Shown here piece after piece: positions 1 to 8,336 of a DNA stretch of 50,496 bases. A program made the translations under genes and the position numbers. This DNA comes from a virus: positions 1-50,496 of IMG/VR virus record IMGVR_UViG_3300034069_000710. The stretch is one strand, 5' to 3'. The notes below the pieces were generated by a model. The model had not been told where the DNA came from and ran no database searches. It was given only the letters and a program-made list of their open reading frames with translations. Numbering within the stretch: the first letter of the stretch is position 1; the number at the start of each line of letters is the position of its first letter.

Positions 1-141
1 ATTGCGGGCTTGGTCTACAGGTCCCCGTTGCGCCTACGATTGTCGCGCTATTTGCAGTGCTGCTCGTGCGGCTCCTCGTGTGGACGCGTTCGCAATCGAT
101 CCTTTGGAATGTTGCCGTCTGCCTCCTTGCGATGCTCGCAG
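1..141. repeat. Terminal direct repeat, copy 1 (identical to 50356..50496); the contig closes on itself
   Basis: Read directly: attgcgggcttggtctacag...ttgcgatgctcgcag occurs at both window ends in the same orientation. Confidence 0.95.
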
Positions 142-323
142 CTTTCGCCACGGTGGAAGGATCGACTCTTAACGTATTCCGCGCCTTTTGGCTCGGCGTC
201 GGTTATGGTGCGCTCGGCGTCGGCATCATCGAGGTAGGCCGCACGTTCATTGGCACCGCCCTGCGCGATGGCCTGCGCACCGTTGCCAAGGGCGTACTAG
301 GCGGCGAGGCGAAAAAGGAGTAA
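3..323 (+). CDS. Holin-like multi-TM membrane protein, 3' part of an ORF crossing the window junction (likely start GTG 50313; about 121 aa in the closed genome)
   Basis: The frame of track ORF 57..323 stays open back to nt 3 and, through the repeat, to GTG 50313, which is preceded by AAGGA. It has several hydrophobic segments and a charged C-terminus (GGEAKKE), and lies directly upstream of the endolysin. Confidence 0.6.
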   Translation, partial: CGLGLQVPVAPTIVALFAVLLVRLLVWTRSQSILWNVAVCLLAMLAAFATVEGSTLNVFRAFWLGVGYGALGVGIIEVGRTFIGTALRDGLRTVAKGVLGGEAKKE

Positions 324-332
324 GCCGACGCC

Positions 333-953
333 ATGACCCCCGATCAAGCAAAGCGCATGCAGACCCGCCTGGGCGTGATTGCCGACGGCAACCCGGGGCG
401 CGGCACCTATGCCGCCCTATTCGCTAAAATGGGGGCGCCGGCGGCGCGCTCGATCCCGCTAGGACTCGCCGCCGCCGCGCACTTCGCCCGGTTTGGTATC
501 AGCGACACACCGCTGCGCCTGGCGCATTTCCTCGGGCAGACGTCGCTCGAGTCGGGCAATTTCCAGTACATGCGCGAGATTTGGGGGCCAACCCCGGCAC
601 AAGCCGGGTACGAGGGTCGCGCCGACCTCGGCAACACGCAGCCCGGCGACGGCAAGCGCTATATGGGCCGCGCCATTCTGCAGGTCACGGGGCGAGCCAA
701 TTACCGCCGCGCCGCCGGTAAGCTCGGTATTGACGTCGAGGCCGAGCCCGAATTGCTCGAACGTCCCGATATCGGGCTGATCGCCTCTTGCCATTGGTGG
801 CAGGACAACGACGCGAACCGATGGGCCGACCGTGACGACGCCAGCGCGCTTTCACGCCTCGTCAACCGCGGCAGCGCGACCAGCGACAAGCCGGCCAATC
901 ACGAGGCTGACCGGATCGTGGCGACGATCAAGGCGAAGGGGCTGATTCTGTAA
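333..953 (+). CDS. Endolysin: short peptidoglycan-binding-like N-terminus plus glycoside hydrolase family 19 (chitinase-like lysozyme) domain
   Basis: Motifs FLGQTSLESGNF, ADLGNTQPGDGKRYMGRAILQVTGRANY and CHWW match my memory of GH19 phage endolysins. LGVIADGNPGRGTY resembles PG_binding_1. Confidence 0.85.
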   Translation: MTPDQAKRMQTRLGVIADGNPGRGTYAALFAKMGAPAARSIPLGLAAAAHFARFGISDTPLRLAHFLGQTSLESGNFQYMREIWGPTPAQAGYEGRADLGNTQPGDGKRYMGRAILQVTGRANYRRAAGKLGIDVEAEPELLERPDIGLIASCHWWQDNDANRWADRDDASALSRLVNRGSATSDKPANHEADRIVATIKAKGLIL

Positions 954-1231
954 TGGCCGACAAGCACAACCTCGTCGCCTACCTGGCGACCATCGGCGCA
1001 ATCGTGCTGCTCGCGCTCGCCGCAGCGGCCGTGTGCCTGTTCGCCAAAGTTGATAGCGAAGTGAACCTGGCGCGCATCATTGGCGGCCTCGCATTCATTT
1101 CCGCAGCTATCGCGGGCCTTACCGGGATCGCGGGCACGTTCAAGGCGAGTGGCACGCGCGGCTCGACCGGCAGCACCGAAACCGGCGACGTCGTGGTGAC
1201 GGGCGCCAAGGAGGGAACCACCAATGCGTAA
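953..1231 (+). CDS. Small membrane protein with two hydrophobic helices, lysis-cassette member (antiholin/holin or i-spanin-like)
   Basis: TAATG coupling to the endolysin stop. Hydrophobic stretches AYLATIGAIVLLALAAAAVCLF and IIGGLAFISAAIAGLTGIAG. Confidence 0.45.
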   Translation: MADKHNLVAYLATIGAIVLLALAAAAVCLFAKVDSEVNLARIIGGLAFISAAIAGLTGIAGTFKASGTRGSTGSTETGDVVVTGAKEGTTNA

Positions 1232-1619
1232 GCTACTCTTTTTCGCAGCCGCACCCATGGCGCTCGCCGCGTGCGCAACGCTACCCGCCACCGGGCTCGA
1301 CACGGCCGCTGCGGTTGCAGATGCGACCGTGACGACCAAGCCCGCCGACGTGGCCAGTACCACAGTGCTCGACGAGCAGGCGGCGCTCGGCGTCGAGTTG
1401 GCGTACAAGGCTTTCCGTACCGCGCTCGAGGTGGCAACCGACGCCGGCGTGCTGCGCGGCACCGCGGCGACCCAAGCCGCCGACCTCGACGCCCGCGCCT
1501 ACCTCGCCGTTCTGGCGGTGCGCGGCGCCTACCGGTCCGGCAACGCCACCTCGTACGGCCAGGCCGTGACCGACGCCCGCGCCGCGATTACCGCCGCGCT
1601 CGCATCCGTGAAGGGATAA
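1224..1619 (+). CDS. Lipoprotein, putative outer-membrane spanin-like lysis component
   Basis: Signal peptide with lipobox (MRKLLFFAAAPMALAAC). Overlaps the preceding gene by 8 nt. Position is in the lysis cassette. Confidence 0.45.
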   Translation: MRKLLFFAAAPMALAACATLPATGLDTAAAVADATVTTKPADVASTTVLDEQAALGVELAYKAFRTALEVATDAGVLRGTAATQAADLDARAYLAVLAVRGAYRSGNATSYGQAVTDARAAITAALASVKG

Positions 1620-1626
1620 ACGACCG

Positions 1627-1842
1627 ATGTTCGACCTCGATACATTCATCCGCGCCGCGCAGGCCATTGGCCCGGTGCTGGCACAGGCTCCCGCCGTCGC
1701 TCAACTGCTCGAGCAGGCAAAGGAAGCGCTCCACCCCGCCGACCAAGCGGTGGCCAAGGAAGCGCTCGCCGACCTGATCGCCGATAACGACGACGGGCAC
1801 CGCCGCGTGCAGGAAAAGCTCGCCGCGGCTGCCAAGCGCTAA
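1627..1842 (+). CDS. Hypothetical protein (71 aa, helical, acidic)
   Basis: ATG preceded by GAAGGGA. High GC3 frame. Last gene before the convergent polymerase gene. Confidence 0.5.
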   Translation: MFDLDTFIRAAQAIGPVLAQAPAVAQLLEQAKEALHPADQAVAKEALADLIADNDDGHRRVQEKLAAAAKR

Positions 1843-1861
1843 CGGTCACGTGGGGCAGCCG

Positions 1862-4129
1862 TTACCCCTTCCGGTAGCGCTTGCCCCGCCACCCGCCGCT
1901 CGCACGGATTGGCCAAGTCGCGCACCACCGTTCGACGGGTACCATAAGCGCCTCGACCTGCTCGACCGAGCCGAGGCCTAGCGGCACCTCCACCACAATT
2001 TCGTCGTACACGTGCAAGACGGTGGGATATCCCGCCAGGCGCAGGCGCTCGATAGCCCCGCGCAAAATGTCGTGCGCAATAGCTTGGTCGGCATTTTCGT
2101 AAATCCGGCTGCCCCACGTCGCCATCCGCACCCAACCGAGCGCGCCATACTTGGGGTTGCTGTTCCACGTCATGTACGAGATTTCGAGGCTGCCGGGGCG
2201 GCGGCTCGAGGGCGCTACGCGGGGGTTCCAATATTTAATCTCGCGACCGCTCGGCAGCCGCATGCGCAGGATATCGTCGCGGACGTAGAACCCAATTTCT
2301 ACCGGAAATGGCTTAATGCCGGGCGGCGGCAACGGGATATGGTAGGTGCCGGGGTATTGGATCGCCTGGATAACGGCGCCCTCAATCCCGAATAGCTCGT
2401 TGACCCATCCGTACCCGTGCGGGTTGCGGTAGCGTTGCCCACCCCAATGCGCGACAATCTGCGGCGAAGCTTCGCGCCACGCGCGAATAATGCCCTCAAT
2501 CTCCGCGGTGCTCTTGTCGGCCTCGGCGGGATCGAACGCGCGCCAGGCGCCCTCCCATCCTCCATAGCCTAGGGCTAGCTCGGCGACCTTGCCGATATCC
2601 TGCCGGTGCGGGTGATGCTCGCCGTGTTCCTCGGCGTAGGCCTTGTACGCCTCGTACTTCATGCCCGTGATTTTGGACGCCGACGCTAGGTAAATGTCGC
2701 GCTTGTCGCGCAGCGTTTCCTCGCGCCATGATTCGCCAGATATCATCGCCGCCACGACCGCTTCGATAGCGCTATAGTCCGACGCGATAAGCTCGAGCCC
2801 CGGCCCCGCTTGGAACAGGCCGCGCACGCAGCCCTGTATCGCTAGCAGCGCGTCCCCAAAAAACCACTCGACCAAGCCGAGCGAGCGCGCCGCCATAATC
2901 TCGAGCACGTGTGCCGCCATATCTGGCGACCACTTTCCCTTGCGGTCGATTGGCGGGCACGGGACGTTGCACCACGGGCAGGCCGTGGTCGCCTTTTTGT
3001 GCGGTTTCTGGCAGGCGCCGCAAGTCACAAGCTTAGGCCCGGCTTTCGGCAGGTTGAGCGGCTGCGGGCCCTCTCCCGTTGGCCGGCCGGTGCGGGCCCC
3101 GTGGTGCACGATCAGGTTGCGAATACGGTCATCGCTCGACGCCTGGAATTCCATTGCGTGCAGCTTTTTGACCGAGGCCGAGCCTATCAGCGAACGAATT
3201 TCAAGGATGCGGTGCACCGGCGCGGGAAGGTCGTCCCGGGCCAAGTAGAGCTCAATCGTATCAGCCTGCATATCGGGCAAGGTCACGCCCTGCCCGGCGA
3301 TCCAGCCGCGAAGCTCGGCAAGCTGCCCCGCCTCGATTCCCCCCGTGATTGTGACGCACTCCTGCCCGTAGTGCTCGAGGGCCTCACCGAGCACGGCGAT
3401 ACAGTCGCGCACGCCGGCGCGGTCGACGGCCAAGCCGCGGTAATTAATCTCCTGATCGATCAGCCAAAAGCGTAACTCGTCGGCGGACATCGCTTCCATA
3501 CGTTGCGCGGCGCCCTGCTCGGCCTCCACGTCTCGGTCGCAATAAGCGTACAGCCGTTCGCCATCCTCGGGGTCATCCTCGGGGCTAATCCATAACCGCG
3601 GGTCGCCTTTGGTCGGATTGCGCGGGACGCTGAATTTGTTGAGCAGCCGGGTACCGTCTTTATCCTTGCCCGAGGGCACGCCGAGCACGTCGGCCAGGTT
3701 GCCAAGGGCGCCGGGCAGGTTGTTGGTGCGGGCGGTCGCCATGCTGCATCGCTGCAAATACGGGTCGAGGGGCGGGAAGCCATAGCGCTTGACCGCGACG
3801 TGCTCCCATATCAGCCGCTCAAACATAGCGTTATGCGCCTCGATAGGGCGGCCGGCGGCGAGGTGGTCGAACAAATCCTGCGGCAGCGGCATACCCGGCC
3901 GCCAGCGCCGCACGCCGAGGTTATCGTACGGCGCCAGGTTGTATGAGAGAGTGAGGATATCGGTTGTCGGGTGCTCGGCGTAGACCGATGACCCGACGAT
4001 ACCGAGGCCCTTTTTCGACTGCGGCGCCGAGGGTAGGCATGTCCACTTATTACGGGCTGCGTCCCATACGTACCCGGCCTCGCTTTTAGTTTCGAAGTCG
4101 AACGTCGGGACGATGGGCGATACGATCAT
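1862..4129 (-). CDS. Family A DNA polymerase with 3'-5' exonuclease domain and an internal Cys4 zinc-ribbon insertion
   Basis: Exo motif FDFETKS. Pol motif A LIASDYSAIEAVV, motif B RQDIGKVAELALGYGG, motif C LHVYDEIVVEV. CGAC...CPWC lies between RTGRPTG...NLPK and motif A. Confidence 0.9.
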   Translation of the reverse strand: MIVSPIVPTFDFETKSEAGYVWDAARNKWTCLPSAPQSKKGLGIVGSSVYAEHPTTDILTLSYNLAPYDNLGVRRWRPGMPLPQDLFDHLAAGRPIEAHNAMFERLIWEHVAVKRYGFPPLDPYLQRCSMATARTNNLPGALGNLADVLGVPSGKDKDGTRLLNKFSVPRNPTKGDPRLWISPEDDPEDGERLYAYCDRDVEAEQGAAQRMEAMSADELRFWLIDQEINYRGLAVDRAGVRDCIAVLGEALEHYGQECVTITGGIEAGQLAELRGWIAGQGVTLPDMQADTIELYLARDDLPAPVHRILEIRSLIGSASVKKLHAMEFQASSDDRIRNLIVHHGARTGRPTGEGPQPLNLPKAGPKLVTCGACQKPHKKATTACPWCNVPCPPIDRKGKWSPDMAAHVLEIMAARSLGLVEWFFGDALLAIQGCVRGLFQAGPGLELIASDYSAIEAVVAAMISGESWREETLRDKRDIYLASASKITGMKYEAYKAYAEEHGEHHPHRQDIGKVAELALGYGGWEGAWRAFDPAEADKSTAEIEGIIRAWREASPQIVAHWGGQRYRNPHGYGWVNELFGIEGAVIQAIQYPGTYHIPLPPPGIKPFPVEIGFYVRDDILRMRLPSGREIKYWNPRVAPSSRRPGSLEISYMTWNSNPKYGALGWVRMATWGSRIYENADQAIAHDILRGAIERLRLAGYPTVLHVYDEIVVEVPLGLGSVEQVEALMVPVERWCATWPIRASGGWRGKRYRKG

Positions 4130-4632
4130 TTCGAGACTACAGACCCAAAGCCGTGCTCTTGCAAGGTGGCGACCGCCATAATCAACTCGGTTGTCAACGG
4201 CTCGTCATCGGGCGCGACCCATGCCTGCAGGGGTTTCGCGTCGGGGTTGCGGCAGTCGGGTATAACCTTGATCTGGAAACCTGCCGTTGTGAGTTCGCGG
4301 TACGCATCCGCCGCTTCGTCGGGCAAATCCAGCCCGGCGGGAAGCGGCCGGCCGAATAGCTCCCGAATGTGCCATAAGAACGAACCGGCAAGGTAGGTGC
4401 CGATATGGCCAGAGTGTTTCGAAATCTCTTGCCCGGTCTCAACAATCTTGAAGCGCCGCATGACTTGTTTCTGGTCGCAATCCACCTCGGCCCAAATGAT
4501 CGGCGAATTATACGGGTATGGGCCCGGCAGCACTTCAAGATGAATGATCTCGGCCGTCATAGGCATCATTATTTCTAAGGTCGTGTCCCCATCTAATAGG
4601 AATGGTAGCGGGAATTTCCAAATCTGGCGCAT
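4126..4632 (-). CDS. Hypothetical protein (replication module)
   Basis: ATG preceded by GGAG. Its stop overlaps the polymerase start (ATGA-type coupling). Confidence 0.65.
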   Translation of the reverse strand: MRQIWKFPLPFLLDGDTTLEIMMPMTAEIIHLEVLPGPYPYNSPIIWAEVDCDQKQVMRRFKIVETGQEISKHSGHIGTYLAGSFLWHIRELFGRPLPAGLDLPDEAADAYRELTTAGFQIKVIPDCRNPDAKPLQAWVAPDDEPLTTELIMAVATLQEHGFGSVVSK

Positions 4633-4765
4633 GCGGGGAACTCCTGAATAGCGGGCTATTGTCGCCCTTGCCCGGTTACACGATGCCCGAGTCCCGGGCC
4701 GGGGGTTGACGCTGGCGTATAGGCGCAGCGCAGGGCGACCATTACTTGACGAGGCGGCGCCCGAA

Positions 4766-4792
4766 CCCGCCCCGAGAATACCCCGGGGCGGG
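4766..4792 (-). terminator. GC-rich hairpin just downstream of the SSB-like gene (9-bp stem CCCGCCCCG/CGGGGCGGG, 9-nt loop); possible terminator or RNA stabiliser
   Basis: Seen directly. There is no clear U-tract on the minus strand, so confidence is low. Confidence 0.4.
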
Positions 4793-4798
4793 AGGTGA

Positions 4799-5908
4799 TT
4801 AGGCCATCATGCCGTTGGCGCGCATCGTCTCGTCGGTCCACCCCGCGGCAAGCATTGCCTCGTAGGTAGCACCGCCGGCGGGGGGCAGCATGACCGGCCC
4901 GGCCGGCACCGGAGCGGGCGGTGCGAACGGCGGAAAGCTAGAAGGGGATGCAGTCGTCGCCGAGGGTGCCATGGGGGGCGCGGCAGGCGTCACGGGTGCC
5001 GGCGCCGCAGCGGGGGCAGGTGCCGGTGCGTTTCCCATGTAGCCATTGTACGGCGGGGGCGGCGGGCTAGCCGAGGCCGCAGGAGGGGCAACCGGCGCAG
5101 CAGCCGGTACAACCGGAGCCGGTGCAACGGGCGTCGCAGGCGCGGCGCCCGATGGGGCCAAAGGGGCAGCCGGGGCACCACCGGCGGGCGGCGTGATCGG
5201 GGCGGCCGTAGCGCCCGCCGGCAGGGCGACGGGGCCACCACCGAACGCTGCGCTCGCATCCGGGCCGCTCACGATTTCCGGGCCGAACGCGGACAACTCG
5301 ATCATATCAAGATTGAGGTAAATGCCCGGCTTCGAAATGTTGCCATTGCCCTCGGTCGATCCCGACACGCGGATATAGAAGCCGCGGCGAATGACCTTTT
5401 TTTCCTGGATTTGCTCGGCGGCTGCATAGCGCCCAGCATGGAAGCACCGCGGCGGGTAAGCCGAGCCAAACTTCACGACCCAACAACCCGCAAAGCCTTC
5501 CTTGTCGGCATTGTTGATAAGCTTCCCCTCGTGAATGTACGAGGAATCGCCATCCTGCACTTTCCACGAAAAGTCGCCCATGACCCACGGCATGGTATGG
5601 CCCGGCGGCGGCTGCGTGAACCACGCCTGCGGGCCGCCCGCGCCAATGATCGCGTCGATACCATGCGGGAACAGGCTCGGGAAGTCGGCGAAGGCCTGGC
5701 GCACCAGAACCTCCCAGAATGCGGGCCACGCAGCGTCATTCTTCGCGACCGCACCGCCGAGGTAGAACTGCGGGTTCGGCTGACCGGCATTGGGGCCCGA
5801 CTTCACGACACGCAAGTTGCCCTGCATATCCTTGGTTTGCGCCTCGTCGACGTCGCCCTGCACCATCCGCATAACTGGGGTGGTGAATCTCGTTTTTGCC
5901 ACGTGCAT
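4799..5908 (-). CDS. ssDNA-binding protein, T7 gp2.5-like (DUF2815-type) core with a ~130-aa Pro/Ala-rich C-terminal extension
   Basis: GFYIRVSG...GIYLNLDMIELSAFG parallels the gp2.5 segment ending ...LVELATFGGG. Sits between a DUF2800-type nuclease and PolA, a module I recall from other phages. AGGAG RBS. Confidence 0.6.
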   Translation of the reverse strand: MHVAKTRFTTPVMRMVQGDVDEAQTKDMQGNLRVVKSGPNAGQPNPQFYLGGAVAKNDAAWPAFWEVLVRQAFADFPSLFPHGIDAIIGAGGPQAWFTQPPPGHTMPWVMGDFSWKVQDGDSSYIHEGKLINNADKEGFAGCWVVKFGSAYPPRCFHAGRYAAAEQIQEKKVIRRGFYIRVSGSTEGNGNISKPGIYLNLDMIELSAFGPEIVSGPDASAAFGGGPVALPAGATAAPITPPAGGAPAAPLAPSGAAPATPVAPAPVVPAAAPVAPPAASASPPPPPYNGYMGNAPAPAPAAAPAPVTPAAPPMAPSATTASPSSFPPFAPPAPVPAGPVMLPPAGGATYEAMLAAGWTDETMRANGMMA

Positions 5909-5913
5909 TGCTC

Positions 5914-7083
5914 CTATTGAAACGCCAGCTTGGCGGCGTCGTCGTTGACACGAACGAGGCGCAGCGCCCCGCGTGGTTTCTCGGCGTACGAGGAAATGAC
6001 CTCGCCGTCAATTCCGAGTTTCTTTAGCGCGGTGCGCGCTTGGCCCGGCGTGATTGCCTCGGCCGGCTTGCGCAGGTCGGCGCCGAGCATGTCGCCAAGC
6101 GCGAACACCTCGGCCGCCGGCACCACGAATTTCTCGCGCCCGCTGGCATATTCGGTAGAGAAAAACGGAACGTGCGTCCCCGACCGGATCAAGCCTAACG
6201 CGTGCTCGTCGAGCCCGGTTTTGCGCGCCTCCAGGCGATTGATTGCGTCGTTGATCTGCCGCAATTCCAGCCCCACGGCATGCGGAGGGAGGTCGACCGG
6301 TTGCGAGCGCAGCGCCACGTCCATCGCCAAGCCGCCTGCGCGTTGCAGGGCGGGGCAAGCGTGGCGCGCGGTGCAGTGCGTGCAATGATCGCCGGTGCGC
6401 AACTCGGCGTTCGGCAGCATCGCTTGATACGCGCCGAGGCGGATTGCCTCGTGCATTTCCTTGGCGACCTGGCTCCCGACACGAAACTGCCAGTCACGCA
6501 GCGAACCACTTTGATGGTAATTGCGGGGCTGCGCAACTGATAGAACCGCCGTCCACTCGTGCCACTCGCTAGGCGGGACGCCCATCGTTTCGAGCACGCC
6601 AAGCAGATAGGCGAAAAGCTGCCAGTTACCGGCCGCGTCGACATAGCCGTGCCCGTATTTGTAATCCCACACGAATACGACCTTGCGGGAGAACACGGCT
6701 AGCACGACGTCGGGTGTCCCCCAGCAAAGCGCATGTATGCTTGTCGACATGTTAAAACGTTGCTCGATATAAAGCTGTCCATCGGGGTTTGCTTTCATCG
6801 TGTCGCGCACGTCGACGAGAAGCGCCTGCGCGCAATCGACCATTTCGGCGTTAATCGGAACGCCGTTGGGAGCAAAGGTGCCAACCTCGACGTCGCGGCC
6901 GTTCAATATCTCGGCGACATAGTGGTGCGCCGCGGTGCCTTCGCGCGCCTCGTCGCTTTCCTTATCCTCCGGGTATTTCTGCTGCATGGCCACCGAACCC
7001 CGGCACCCCTTCTCGGGCGCCCAAATATAGGCGCTCGAGGGGGCAAGGGCGGCGTGCGCGGGAGGCGACGCCGCCCCGGTCAT
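5914..7083 (-). CDS. PD-(D/E)XK nuclease, DUF2800/Cas4-like, with C-terminal Cys cluster
   Basis: N-terminal APSSAYIWAPEKGCRGS resembles the DUF2800 signature. TPDVV...VWDYKYG is a D...D/ExK core. CTHCTARHACP cysteine cluster. Confidence 0.75.
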   Translation of the reverse strand: MTGAASPPAHAALAPSSAYIWAPEKGCRGSVAMQQKYPEDKESDEAREGTAAHHYVAEILNGRDVEVGTFAPNGVPINAEMVDCAQALLVDVRDTMKANPDGQLYIEQRFNMSTSIHALCWGTPDVVLAVFSRKVVFVWDYKYGHGYVDAAGNWQLFAYLLGVLETMGVPPSEWHEWTAVLSVAQPRNYHQSGSLRDWQFRVGSQVAKEMHEAIRLGAYQAMLPNAELRTGDHCTHCTARHACPALQRAGGLAMDVALRSQPVDLPPHAVGLELRQINDAINRLEARKTGLDEHALGLIRSGTHVPFFSTEYASGREKFVVPAAEVFALGDMLGADLRKPAEAITPGQARTALKKLGIDGEVISSYAEKPRGALRLVRVNDDAAKLAFQ

Positions 7084-7421
7084 GCCAGAACCAGCCGACC
7101 GCGACGAGACATCCCTAGGACGGCTCGGGAAGTTTGCGTTTCGGAGTCGAAAACTCCCAAGTCTCGCGGGCCGATTCCGTAGAACCGCGCCGCCTGGCGC
7201 TCACGGTTGCTAGCTTCCTGCCGCAGCCGGCGAGCAATCTCGCGTTCGCCTAGGTGGCTGTAGGGGGCGAGTGACCCCCCGCTACTGCGGTAACCCCGCT
7301 TTTGCCGCTGCAGATGGCGCTTGATATTCTCCGCGCCATAGATTTTCCGCACTTCGATAGCGCGGTCGACCGACGCGGAGAGAGCGGCAAGGCCAATCCC
7401 GCCAAGGATCGAGCCGCGCAT
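7080..7421 (-). CDS. Hypothetical protein (113 aa, basic)
   Basis: ATGA overlap with the downstream nuclease gene and a 1-nt overlap with the upstream gene indicate an operon member. Confidence 0.55.
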   Translation of the reverse strand: MRGSILGGIGLAALSASVDRAIEVRKIYGAENIKRHLQRQKRGYRSSGGSLAPYSHLGEREIARRLRQEASNRERQAARFYGIGPRDLGVFDSETQTSRAVLGMSRRGRLVLA

Positions 7422-8254
7422 TAGCCGACCACCGGCAGGAGGGCGTCGAACGCGGGCACGAGGTCCGGCCGCGTGATAAGATCACGGACGCCCGAGATAC
7501 CGAGCGCGGCCGAAATCTCGGCCGTCTGCTCGACGCTCAGATTGCCGCCGGCCTGCAGCCCCGTGATCTTGCGCATAAGCTCGGCGAACGTGCTTGCCGG
7601 AGCACTAGCTGCAGTCGTGGCAGCGGCCGGTCCAGGCGCCGTGGCGGCAGCGGGCGGCGTAGGCACGGGCGCAACTGGCGCAGCCATCGGGACCGGTGCA
7701 ACGGGCGCCGGCGGGACGGGAGGGGCAGGCACGGGTGCGACCGGGGGGAGGGGTGCCGCGGGCGCCTCCGTGGCGGGGGCGGCAGGAGCACCGAGCGCGG
7801 CGCGCAACTCGGCCTCGACGGCGGCCACGGTTTCGGTCGTCACGCCGACCTTTTTCCGCCACGAGCCATCGGCGACGGTGGTTTTCGTGCCGGCGTGAAT
7901 GCGGCCGTCCCACGGCAACCCATTCTTATCGACCGGGACGCCGCCGGGGTTCGGCAACGTGGCAGGGCCCGAGGTCGGAGTCGCCGTAGAACCAACCGGT
8001 TCCGCCGCAGTAGTCGCAGTATCCGCCTCGGGGGCAATAGGGCCCGCGCCGAAAGCCGCCGCAGCGTCGGGGCCATCCTCGGTCGAGGGCGGCGCGGGCG
8101 GGGTCGGGGTGGCCGGTGGTGCGGGCGGCGTGGGAGCCGGGGGCGTCGGGGTAACGTTTGGCTGTCGGATGTCAGGCTCGCCGCGCAAATGCGCGATCAT
8201 GGCGGCAACAGCGGCCAATTCTGCCGCGTTCCCGGTATCGAAATGAATTTGCAT
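7421..8254 (-). CDS. Hypothetical Pro/Ala-rich protein (277 aa), first gene of the leftward operon
   Basis: Start moved to ATG 8254 (MQIHFDT...) because it is preceded by a perfect AGGAGG. The longer track ORF start at 8335 runs into the palindromic operator. Confidence 0.6.
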   Translation of the reverse strand: MQIHFDTGNAAELAAVAAMIAHLRGEPDIRQPNVTPTPPAPTPPAPPATPTPPAPPSTEDGPDAAAAFGAGPIAPEADTATTAAEPVGSTATPTSGPATLPNPGGVPVDKNGLPWDGRIHAGTKTTVADGSWRKKVGVTTETVAAVEAELRAALGAPAAPATEAPAAPLPPVAPVPAPPVPPAPVAPVPMAAPVAPVPTPPAAATAPGPAAATTAASAPASTFAELMRKITGLQAGGNLSVEQTAEISAALGISGVRDLITRPDLVPAFDALLPVVG

Positions 8255-8295
8255 CGTGTCGCCTCCTATGTTGACGAGGAAGCCATACGCGGGCA

Positions 8296-8311
8296 TTGAC
8301 GGCGCCGTCAA
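8296..8311. promoter_or_regulatory. Perfect palindrome TTGACGGCGCCGTCAA in the divergent region between the leftward and rightward replication operons
   Basis: Seen directly. It is a member of the recurring TTGAC-N6-GTCAA family. On the minus strand it is followed 18 nt later by TATGGC, then AGGAGG and ATG 8254. Confidence 0.6.
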
Positions 8312-8336
8312 CTTTATTTTGCGAGCCCCCGCCACC

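Noticed and set aside
1-141. Terminal repeats as ends of a mobile element or prophage att sites.
   Set aside because: The copies are direct, 100 percent identical, exactly at the two window ends and internal to a gene. This is the signature of a contig that closes on itself. No integrase or transposase is present.
1862-4129. Polymerase as a DpoZ-type enzyme of a 2-aminoadenine (Z-genome) phage.
   Set aside because: I found no PurZ-like adenylosuccinate-synthetase homologue and no clear DatZ or MazZ genes anywhere in the window. PolA alone is not diagnostic.
8256-8336. N-terminal 27-codon extension of the helicase ORF, and the 27-codon extension of the minus-strand ORF to 8335.
   Set aside because: Both extensions run across the palindromic promoter/operator. 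The minus-strand gene has a perfect AGGAGG before ATG 8254. The extensions carry no helicase motifs.
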